This document shows, one piece after another, positions 1 to 7,898 of a DNA stretch of 64,000 nt. A program made the position numbers and the translations under genes. The stretch is from Candidatus Aenigmatarchaeota archaeon (lineage in GTDB: Archaea; Aenigmatarchaeota; Aenigmatarchaeia; QMZP01; QMZT01). The stretch covers positions 19,408 to 83,407 of the forward strand of contig JAZDFI010000008.1 in NCBI GenBank assembly GCA_043808015.1, read 5' to 3'. How positions within the stretch are numbered: position 1 is the stretch's first letter; the number at the start of each line of letters is the position of its first letter. The notes beneath the pieces are model-generated. The model was not told the DNA's origin. It saw nothing but the letters and a program-made list of their open reading frames with translations, and did no database searches.

Positions 1-916
1 TTGACCTGTTTTTTTCTTTTGCCTGTCCTTCTACCGACCGATTTTTTATTTCCAGTTTTATTACGTCGGGGTCTGTCGGGCTGACTTCACCAGCGCTTAC
101 GACCACGCTTGCCGTTGCACTCACTTCCCTTACCTGCGTTGAAAATTCATCGGTGTATTCCTTCGTCACAGATACTTTGTATGACTTTACGCGCACTGCC
201 GGCTGCCATGGTATCCTGCCGGCAGGAATGTCGGGAATGAAAAACTTGCCGTTCTTGCCGGATGTGCCTTTATAATGCGTGCCGTTGACATCAATCAAGA
301 TTATTGCACCATCAACAGGAGAGCCGTGCAGGTCGGATATAATTCCGGTAGCAGCCCCGACTGCTTTGTCCGGGTCAGCCTGTTTGTTCCCTTCATGATT
401 ATGATAATGTAATTCTACATCTACAGGGTTGTCATGCACGTCAACATTGGTATTTCTATTTTTAGTGTTGTGAGTAGTGGTTTGTGTGCTACGCTGGTAG
501 TTCTGATAGTTGAAATTAAATCCACCCTTGCCTTTTCCTCCGCCACCGCCTCCCCCACCGGAACCGTCGAATTTTTTCGTTTTGACTTCTTTGAGCTCTT
601 TTTTTAGCAGGAAATGACAGCCTTCTATGGCATAATGCGGATTGAAACCAGCGTTTGCCAGAGACTTATTAATATCGATAGCTTTCGCATCTCCGGATTG
701 AATATATGTGGGAATATCCTGAAGGTATCTCATAAGATCGTTGTATCTGGCTATTTTTTCCTTTGTGCCCATTCCCACCCATTGAACACCCGGAAAAAAT
801 ATGTCCCTTGCGATTCTCAGCGCCTGCATATCCCTTCGTACTAAAGAAACTTCGTCCGGGTTTAAATCTGGCCCTTTCTTGCCTCTGCCTGTTAATCTGA
901 ACCTTTCAAGCACCAT
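1..916 (-). CDS. Hypothetical protein (runs off window edge) with Gly-rich linker and carboxypeptidase-regulatory-like beta-sandwich
   Basis: Manual translation from ATG at 916: MVLERFRLTGRGKK...DGSGGGGGGGGKGKGG...GIISDLHGSPVDGAIILIDVNG..GTSGKNGKFFIPDIPAG..YKVSVTK. Open to the edge and absent from the ORF track. Confidence 0.7.
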   Translation of the reverse strand, partial: MVLERFRLTGRGKKGPDLNPDEVSLVRRDMQALRIARDIFFPGVQWVGMGTKEKIARYNDLMRYLQDIPTYIQSGDAKAIDINKSLANAGFNPHYAIEGCHFLLKKELKEVKTKKFDGSGGGGGGGGKGKGGFNFNYQNYQRSTQTTTHNTKNRNTNVDVHDNPVDVELHYHNHEGNKQADPDKAVGAATGIISDLHGSPVDGAIILIDVNGTHYKGTSGKNGKFFIPDIPAGRIPWQPAVRVKSYKVSVTKEYTDEFSTQVREVSATASVVVSAGEVSPTDPDVIKLEIKNRSVEGQAKEKNRS

Positions 917-988
917 GTCGACCTGATAATAATTAATTAGGAATGTATAAATTTGTATAAAAAGAGAAAAGCGGTTCTAGCGACTACT

Positions 989-1420
989 TTACTTGCCGAA
1001 CCAGAGCTTGAGCTCGGCTTTCGCTTCATCGGGCGTGCCGGAGGCGTGAATGAGATTGTAGATGGAGCGGTGCTCTTTGTCGGCCTTCTCGCACGAGTCG
1101 TCGCCCAGATCGCCTCGTATCGTGCCCTTGTCGGCCTTGCTGGGGTCGGTAGCGCCGACTATTCGCCTCACGTGCGCGACCGCGTCCTTCCCTTCGAGCA
1201 CCATAGCGACGACCTGCCGGTTGGCCAGGTATTTGATGAGCAGCTCAAAGAACGGCTTCCCCTTGTGCATGGCGTAATGCGTCTCAACAAAATCGCTGGT
1301 CGGCGCGACCATCTTCATGTTTCGCACTTTCAGGCCGCCGTCTTCAAAGCGCCTTATTATCTCGCCGATCAGGTTTCTGTCGACTCCGTCGGGCTTTATC
1401 AGGACTAGCGTTTTCTCCAT
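989..1420 (-). CDS. ndk: Nucleoside diphosphate kinase
   Basis: MEKTLVLIKPDG, GATDP..GTIRGD and NLIHAS motifs. Confidence 0.95.
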   Translation of the reverse strand: MEKTLVLIKPDGVDRNLIGEIIRRFEDGGLKVRNMKMVAPTSDFVETHYAMHKGKPFFELLIKYLANRQVVAMVLEGKDAVAHVRRIVGATDPSKADKGTIRGDLGDDSCEKADKEHRSIYNLIHASGTPDEAKAELKLWFGK

Positions 1421-1424
1421 AAAA

Positions 1425-2075
1425 TCACTCCTCAGCAAGCTTGTTTTTCTTCATGTAAGCATCAACCGATTTCAACATCCTGCGCGACACGTCTTCGATG
1501 CCGCCCACGGCGTCAACCTCTATTAGCACGCCTTTCTTCGTGTAGAAATCCACAAGCGGCTTCGTCGCCTTTTCATACACTTTCAGGCGCTTTTTGACCA
1601 CGTCGTTTTTCTGATCCTCGCGGACGTAAAGTGCGCCTTTGCATTTGTCGCACATGCCGCTCTTCTTCGGCTTCGCGAACTTGTGGTGGTATATTTCCCC
1701 GCAATATCCGCATGTCAGGCGGCCTGTCATCCTTTCCAGGATGTTCCTGTTCGGCGCGACGAAGTTGATGACCATATCGATAGCGGCCGTCTTTTCGAGT
1801 TCTTTGGCCTGCACCAGCGTCCTGGGGAAGCCGTCGAGAATGAACCTCTTCCGCCCCTTGATGGCTTTCTTCATTATTTCCATAACTAAAGCGTCCGGCA
1901 CCAGCTCGCCGCGGTCCATGTAAGCCTTCGCCTTTCTGCCTATTGCCGTGCCTTTCTTTGATTCGTTGCGCAGCATCTCGCCCGTGCATATGTTGGGTAT
2001 CTTCATTCTGGTTGAAAGTATGCTGCACTGGGTTCCTTTGCCTATGCCCGGCGGGCCAAGGAGAATTATTTTCAT
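1425..2075 (-). CDS. adk: Adenylate kinase (zinc-lid type)
   Basis: GPPGIGKGTQ P-loop, LDGFPRT, CxxC..CxxC lid. Confidence 0.95.
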   Translation of the reverse strand: MKIILLGPPGIGKGTQCSILSTRMKIPNICTGEMLRNESKKGTAIGRKAKAYMDRGELVPDALVMEIMKKAIKGRKRFILDGFPRTLVQAKELEKTAAIDMVINFVAPNRNILERMTGRLTCGYCGEIYHHKFAKPKKSGMCDKCKGALYVREDQKNDVVKKRLKVYEKATKPLVDFYTKKGVLIEVDAVGGIEDVSRRMLKSVDAYMKKNKLAEE

Positions 2076-2132
2076 GAATGTTCCTCTAGCTAGGATTATT
2101 ATTCTTCAAAACGCATGCTTAAAACCTTTTCG

Positions 2133-2261
2133 CTACGCTCTCGTTTCTATCCCTTTCCTTATGCTCTTTATGAAATCCTCTGGCTTGACGTCGAACTTGA
2201 CCTCCACTTTGGTCTGTAATGTCCTTGCTAACAACTTATTCATGTCTCCTATGACAATAAT
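2133..2261 (-). pseudogene. Decayed remnant of the original thrS C-terminus
   Basis: Translates IIVIGDMNKLLARTLQTKVEVKFDVKPEDFIKSIRKGIETRA*, aligning with the current ThrS end VITIGDKEEKNNTLAVRTRDGKVKFNVKIDDFISEITKLIKKRE. Same strand as thrS. Confidence 0.75.
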
Positions 2262-2267
2262 GTTACA

Positions 2268-3408
2268 ATGAGATTTAACATTCTGCAATATCTGCCTAAA
2301 GAAACAAAGATAATGATTGACAAAGATTTAGCGCAAATTCTATTTGCCAATAAAAAACTTTGCGAATTTTCCAGAGAATACGGAATCGGCTTAAAAAATA
2401 TGAGCAGATACAGAAACTGCACCCGCTCGATTCCTATAAAATTATTTCAAAAAATAGCTCAAAATTCTCCCATTAGAATGGAAGAATTCCAAGGAAAGAT
2501 GCGAATTAAAATAAACAGAATGGGCAAGTATGTCAAAATAGGACCTGTTATAAACATTGATGAAAAGTGGGTATATATTTCGGAACTCATTAAAGGTGAT
2601 GGTTATATCCCGTCTACTTACTGGTATATAGTTTTTGTTAATAAAAATGAAAATTTGATTAATGTTGTCAAGAACTTTTTTTTTATCTTTGGGCTTGCCT
2701 GAAAAACAAATTGATATTCGAAGAAGATCAGATGCAACATTCCTTACAGTCAGATCATCTCCTATTGCATACATCCTCAACGGAATACTTGGAGTGCCTG
2801 TTGGGAAGAAGGGCGAGATCGGTATCAAAAAGTTTGTTATGAATGATAAAATATTGTCGGTGGCGGCCGTTAGAGGGGCATTTGATGCGGAAGGTGCCGC
2901 TACATTCACCGGGTCGCGGAGGATATCCATAACGTCAAATAGTCAAACATGGCTCCTATATTTAAGTAAAATATTGAAGAATCTCGGTATAAAATCCACA
3001 ATATATGAAGAACGGAAAGGTAGAAAAAAACCGATATATCGTTTGTTTGTGCAACATATTATTAACATTCGCAGGTTTTATGAAATAGTCCAACCTCAGC
3101 ATACGCAAAGGAGTAGAAAACTTAGAGAAATCATTGAAACGTACAGCAAACCATATTTTGGTGTCGGGTATCTGAGGAAACCCATACTTCTTTCGATAAA
3201 ATCAGGAAATACGAGAAGATCAAAAATAGCAGAAGACATATCACAAAATCCTATAACAGTTGGAAATAATATCAAATGGTTAAGAAAAAGAGGACTGATA
3301 AGGCCTTCAAAAATGGTTTATACGAACAATGGTGGCTTCTATGAATATATTTTGACAGAGATGGGGCTGAAATACCTAAGAGATGACACTCTCTCTTTTT
3401 TTGATTAG
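2268..3408 (+). mobile_element. Free-standing double-motif LAGLIDADG homing endonuclease-like gene with C-terminal wHTH, frameshifted at a T9 run (2676-2684)
   Basis: YISELIKGDG and AVRGAFDAEG motifs are split over ORFs 2268-2702 and 2662-3408. Removing one T joins them (VVKNFFLSLGLPEK). Markedly AT-rich versus flanks. Confidence 0.8.
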
Positions 3409-5103
3409 CTTGGTTATTTCGCTAATGAAGTCATCAATCTTAACGTTAAATTTCACCTTACCATCTCTCGTTCTAACTGCCAAAGTGTTATTTTTTTCCT
3501 CTTTATCGCCAATTGTAATTACAAAAGGTATTTTATTTACAGCCGCATCCCTTACTTTGTATTCCACTGTGTTCGATTTCAGGTCGCATTCCGCCCTTAT
3601 CCCCGCATTTTCAAGGCTTTTCAAGATTTCACCGGCCGCCTTATTGTTCCTGTCCGTGAAGGACAGGACGCGCACCTGGACAGGCGAGAGCCAGACCGGA
3701 AGGTTGCCGTCAAAGTGCTCGAGAAGTATGCCTATGAACCTTTCCAAAGAGCCGTATATGACCCTGTGCAACATTACCGGCCGATGGTCCTCGTTGTCTT
3801 CCCCTTTGTACGTCAGGTCGAACCTTTCCGGCATGGCGAAGTCGAGTTGTATGGTTGCGCACTGCCAGGTCCTGCCCTGGCTGTCCTTGATGTGATAATC
3901 AATTTTCGGGCCGTAAAACGCACCATCGCCCTTGTTTATCTTGAAGTTCATTTTTTTGTGTTTGAGTGTCTCCTCGAGCTTCGCCTCCGCCTTGTCCCAT
4001 ATTTTGTCGTCGCCTATCCTTTTCTCGGGCCTGGTGGAAAGCTCGACGTGGTATTCGAACCCGAACTTTTTGTAAAATTTATCGACCAGTTCCATTATCC
4101 TTCCTATCTCGCTCTCCAGTTGTTCTTCGGTGCAGAAGATGTGCGCGTCGTCCTGAGTGAAGCGAATTACCCTGAAAAGCCCTGTGAGCACGCCGGACAG
4201 CTCCTGGCGGTGGACTACGCCAAGCTCGCCGACGCGAAGGGGGAGATCTTTGTAGGACTTGGGCCTGTTCTTGTAAACCATCATCCCTCCGGGGCAGTTC
4301 ATGGGCTTGACGGCAAAGCTCCGGCCCTCGTACTCGGTTATGAAGTTGTTCTGGTATTTCTCCCAATGGCCTGAAATCTGCCACAACTTCTTGTCCATGA
4401 TTTGCGGAGTCGAAATCTCCTGGTATCCAGCCTTCCTGTGCTGCTCCCTCCAGAAGCTGATTAGTTCGTTATATATGGTGAGACCCTTATCATGCCAGAA
4501 CACCATACCTGGAGCGACTTCGCTGAAGCTGAAGAGGTCCATCTTCTGGCCGAGTATGCGGTGATCGTTGTCCTTGAGGTTATCCTTGTCGAGCCGCGTC
4601 TTCGAGATGTCTCTCATAAGCTGCTTGTAGTCAAAACTCTCTTCCTTCGTTACCTTGGTTTTTGTTTTGGTCCTCTCGACCCCCTCGGGCAGTATGTCCC
4701 TGCTGAGCTCCGAAAGAGGATGCCCCTTGCACTTTATGTCGAAGGCCTTGTACCAGCCGAAGGGAGCGCGCTTAACCGGGACTTTCGCTTCGATTAGCGC
4801 TTCTTCCACGCCCTTGAGCACGTAGAGAGCGGAATCCGGCGACGATAGATCGCTGGACAGGTGGGCATACGGATAAACGACTACGTTTTTGGCGTTTACC
4901 TGGTTTCTGACGGATATGATTTCCTTGGCGGCTTTCTTGACCACGTCATCGAGGTTTGCCTGGTCCAGCTTCTCGACCGCGCTGAACACGACGAGGGCGT
5001 CTTCGACTCGTACGGGTTTCTTCTCGATTTCCTCCGCGCTTGAAATGGCTTTCTTCTTCGGCTCCCACTCTATGAAATCCGAATGCAGCAATAATATCTT
5101 CAT
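3376..5103 (-). CDS. thrS: Threonyl-tRNA synthetase
   Basis: Archaeal editing domain (MKILLLHSD..YPYAHLS..APFGWYK), KPMNCP, FTQDDAHIF, GAFYGPKID, HRVIYGSLERF. Confidence 0.97.
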   Translation of the reverse strand: MKILLLHSDFIEWEPKKKAISSAEEIEKKPVRVEDALVVFSAVEKLDQANLDDVVKKAAKEIISVRNQVNAKNVVVYPYAHLSSDLSSPDSALYVLKGVEEALIEAKVPVKRAPFGWYKAFDIKCKGHPLSELSRDILPEGVERTKTKTKVTKEESFDYKQLMRDISKTRLDKDNLKDNDHRILGQKMDLFSFSEVAPGMVFWHDKGLTIYNELISFWREQHRKAGYQEISTPQIMDKKLWQISGHWEKYQNNFITEYEGRSFAVKPMNCPGGMMVYKNRPKSYKDLPLRVGELGVVHRQELSGVLTGLFRVIRFTQDDAHIFCTEEQLESEIGRIMELVDKFYKKFGFEYHVELSTRPEKRIGDDKIWDKAEAKLEETLKHKKMNFKINKGDGAFYGPKIDYHIKDSQGRTWQCATIQLDFAMPERFDLTYKGEDNEDHRPVMLHRVIYGSLERFIGILLEHFDGNLPVWLSPVQVRVLSFTDRNNKAAGEILKSLENAGIRAECDLKSNTVEYKVRDAAVNKIPFVITIGDKEEKNNTLAVRTRDGKVKFNVKIDDFISEITKLIKKRESVIS

Positions 5104-5283
5104 CCGCCATCACCTTTATCTTTATTTTTTACCATCACGGTTAATTAAACTCCCGGCTGGCCGGAGACAAATAAAAATCAGCCCGGCCGCAGACCTTTGG
5201 CTAGCACGTGGTCGTCGTAGTCGTCGTTTCGCTAGCGGTCTTGCCGGAATTCATAGAAGTTAATTGTACAGGAAAGTTTAAAA
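5104..5283 (-). promoter_or_regulatory. thrS 5' leader: promoter, Thr-rich uORF, alternative hairpins, U-tract, SD (candidate attenuator)
   Basis: Minus strand: BRE/TATA GAAAAAC-TTTTAAAC about 21 nt before the uORF ATG; helices AGACC-GCTAGC/GCTAGC-GGTCT, GGCCGGG/TCCGGCC and TTCCGGC/GCCGGGA; TTTTTATTTGT at 5177-5167; GGTGA SD before thrS. Confidence 0.7.
5201..5254 (-). CDS. Threonine-rich leader peptide MNSGKTASETTTTTTTC*
   Basis: ATG AAT TCC GGC AAG ACC GCT AGC GAA ACG ACG ACT ACG ACG ACC ACG TGC TAG; 8 Thr codons (7 consecutive) upstream of thrS. Confidence 0.8.
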   Translation of the reverse strand: MNSGKTASETTTTTTTC

Positions 5284-6126
5284 GTTTTTCAGGAACGAGT
5301 AAACGCATTCCGGCAGCTTCTCGCTGTATCCGCCTTCCAGCACTGCGAATCTCGATATTTTCAGATCGGCTATCATCTTGGCGATTTTTGCATAAGTGGC
5401 GACGTTGAGCTTCAGCCCGCCAATCGGGTCGCCATCGAGCGTGTCGAAGCCCGCCGATATAGCCAGCGCATCCGGCTTGAAGTTTTCTATTATCTCCATC
5501 GCAGCTCCGAGCCTGTCGAGATAAAGCGTTTCTTCCGTCCCTGCGTCGAGCGGGAAGTTGTAACAGTTCGCTTCAGAATGCTTGCCGGTGCCCGGATAGA
5601 AAAACGCTCCATATTGATGCAGCGATACGACTATCACGTTCTTTTTGCCAAGAAAGATTTCCTGCGTGCCGTTGCAGTGATGTACGTCGATGTCGAGAAC
5701 CGCGACCTTCTTTTTCTGTTGCAGAAGCCTCGAGACCGCGAGCGCGATGTTGTTGAAATAGCAGAATCCCTCGAAATTCGTCTTGCCCGCGTGATGGCCG
5801 GGCGGGCGCATTAACGAGAATGCTTTTCCTTCCTTCAGCGATATATCGGCGGCCAGCATAGCCGCTCCTGCAGCGAGTTTCGCGTGGTCGTAAATGCCCG
5901 GGAGCGCTGGCGTTTCCGGATTGAAGAAACGGTCGTGCTTTATTTCGTTGACCATCGCCTTAGAATGGACGAGCAGCAGGTCCTGCCGCTCGCACGGCTC
6001 CGGCTGGACGAACTCGAAGCCCTTGAAATTCTGCAGGAACTCGTAACTCCTTCTCACCCGCGCGCTCGACTCGGGGTGGCCCGGCGCATCGTATCCGAGA
6101 CACTTGGGCGAGAATATTATCTTCAT
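5278..6126 (-). CDS. Histone deacetylase family / acetoin utilization protein
   Basis: HPES..R, RPPGHHA, GFCYFNN, DIDVHH.NGTQ, SAGFD, LEGGY motifs. Confidence 0.93.
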   Translation of the reverse strand: MKIIFSPKCLGYDAPGHPESSARVRRSYEFLQNFKGFEFVQPEPCERQDLLLVHSKAMVNEIKHDRFFNPETPALPGIYDHAKLAAGAAMLAADISLKEGKAFSLMRPPGHHAGKTNFEGFCYFNNIALAVSRLLQQKKKVAVLDIDVHHCNGTQEIFLGKKNVIVVSLHQYGAFFYPGTGKHSEANCYNFPLDAGTEETLYLDRLGAAMEIIENFKPDALAISAGFDTLDGDPIGGLKLNVATYAKIAKMIADLKISRFAVLEGGYSEKLPECVYSFLKNF

Positions 6127-6186
6127 ATATAATACATGGGGAGGCGTATCAAATAATTTAACCCCTGCCCCCAATCTATAGGTATT

Positions 6187-7500
6187 ATGATGGATTTGAG
6201 AGGGGTGCACGAGTATTATGCAAGGGAGGATGTGCAGAACTTCCTGCTCGAGTTCGGTAGAGACAGGGAAGTCGTTGGCGTGTTCAGGAACGGCAGTTTC
6301 TCTCAGAGGCCTAACGTCGTTCTCTACCCGAATGACGTTCTCGCTATGGTCAAGACGGGCGTCGTCGAATTCCACTCGTCTCTCGAACGTTGGTCACAGC
6401 CCATGAGCCTGAAGCAGGACAACCATGGCCAGCTGCGCAAGGGATGGGACCTCATAATGGACGTGGACTGCGAGCTTTTCGAGCACGGCAAAATCGCCTC
6501 GGAGGCGTTCATCTGGGGCCTGCGCAAGCACGATATAAAAAACGTGTCCATAAAGTTCACTGGCGGCACTGGGTTCCACATAGGCATACCATGGGAGTCG
6601 ATACCAAACGTCATAGACTATAAACCAGCGGCTTCCCTTTATCCCGAGCTCGCCCGAAAGATGGTGCTGTACCTGAAAGATTATGTTTTTGAAAGGCTGG
6701 AAAAGAACCTGTTCAAAAAATTCTCGGCCGAGGAAATGGCACAGCAGGTGAACAAGCCTCTCGGCAAGATACTCACGGAAGACGGCCTGAACGCGTACGC
6801 GGTGGTCGACGTCGACCCGGTCCTCATATCGCCGCGGCATCTATTTAGAATGCCTTACTCGCTAAACGCGAAGACGTTTCTCGTTTCGCTGCCCATCGAT
6901 CCAGACAGGCTTGACAGCTTCGACCGCATGCAGGCCAAGGCAGAGCGCGTGCGAGTGCTGACGCCCTTCCTCTCCGGCGAAGGCAGGGACGGCGAAGCCG
7001 ATACGCTCATAGCCGAGGCGCTGGACTGGAACGCGCGGATGCGCAAGAAGGAGGAGAAGCGGCTCGAACACAGAAACGAGATAACACGACCCGTCCCCAT
7101 CGAGCGTTTCCCGCCGTGCGTCAAGAACATACTGAACGGGCTGCAGGATGGACGAAAGCGCTCGATGTTCATCCTCATCAACTTCCTGCGCTCCTCAAAG
7201 TGGACGTGGGACGACATAGAGAAGTTCGTCACCGAATGGAACAAGAGCAACAAGCCGCCGCTTCCGGAGAGCCACGTCCGCTCGCATATAAGATGGCACA
7301 GGACGAGGAACAAGGAAGTCCTGCCTCCGAATTGTTCGAACGAGGGATGGTACAAGAACTTCGGCGTGTGCGCGCCTGACGAGAAATGCGCCAAGGTAAA
7401 GAATCCGGTCAACTACGCGCTCCGCGGCATGAAGGCCGAGGAAGAGAAGAAAGACAAAACAAAAACCAAAACTAAGAAGCGCGCCCGCCGTCAGATGTAA
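6187..7500 (+). CDS. priS: Fused DNA primase (PriS catalytic domain plus PriL C-terminal Fe-S domain)
   Basis: WDLIMDVD, KFTGGTGFHI, RHLFRMPYSLN, then FPPCVKNIL..PPNC..C..C. Confidence 0.88.
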   Translation: MMDLRGVHEYYAREDVQNFLLEFGRDREVVGVFRNGSFSQRPNVVLYPNDVLAMVKTGVVEFHSSLERWSQPMSLKQDNHGQLRKGWDLIMDVDCELFEHGKIASEAFIWGLRKHDIKNVSIKFTGGTGFHIGIPWESIPNVIDYKPAASLYPELARKMVLYLKDYVFERLEKNLFKKFSAEEMAQQVNKPLGKILTEDGLNAYAVVDVDPVLISPRHLFRMPYSLNAKTFLVSLPIDPDRLDSFDRMQAKAERVRVLTPFLSGEGRDGEADTLIAEALDWNARMRKKEEKRLEHRNEITRPVPIERFPPCVKNILNGLQDGRKRSMFILINFLRSSKWTWDDIEKFVTEWNKSNKPPLPESHVRSHIRWHRTRNKEVLPPNCSNEGWYKNFGVCAPDEKCAKVKNPVNYALRGMKAEEEKKDKTKTKTKKRARRQM

Positions 7501-7655
7501 AAACTTGTCCAGCAGAATTTCCAGTCGACGCAGTTGCTGAAGCCGCCATTCTCATTTGTACAACAGTCTCTGCATAGCGGTTTCTGCGTTTTCTTGCACA
7601 CCACGACTTTCAATGTTTTAGTGCATTTTTCGCACGCGTGCTTTTCGCTTTCCAT
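7491..7655 (-). CDS. Small Cys-rich putative zinc-binding protein (54 aa)
   Basis: MESEKHACEKCTKTLKVVVCKKTQKPLCRDCCTNENGGFSNCVDWKFCWTSFYI*; manual translation. Confidence 0.55.
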   Translation of the reverse strand: MESEKHACEKCTKTLKVVVCKKTQKPLCRDCCTNENGGFSNCVDWKFCWTSFYI

Positions 7656-7739
7656 CAGAACACTGGTGATTTTTAATTTAGAAATGTAGTTAGTTGGATT
7701 ACTAATAAGCTTGATTGCGTGTGTTCCAGAAAAAACTGC

Positions 7740-7859
7740 TTAACCCCTCTTCAGCTTCTCAAGCCTGACAGAACCGCATTTGGGGCAGACTTTCGTCGCC
7801 GGCTCCATTATGACGGGCTTGACGTCTTTCCCGCACTGCAGACATCTGTATTTTGCCAT
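7740..7859 (-). CDS. Small zinc-ribbon protein (Rpo12/FmdB-like, 39 aa)
   Basis: MAKYRCLQCGKDVKPVIMEPATKVCPKCGSVRLEKLKRG*; two CxxC. Confidence 0.65.
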   Translation of the reverse strand: MAKYRCLQCGKDVKPVIMEPATKVCPKCGSVRLEKLKRG

Positions 7860-7898
7860 GATTGTTATTCATGCTGGCAGAATTTAAATTCGCTGGCA

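Noticed and set aside
5208-5408. Plus-strand ORF beginning MVVVVVV
   Set aside because: It is the antisense shadow of the Thr-codon run. The minus-strand reading has an ATG, a promoter and a functional link to thrS.
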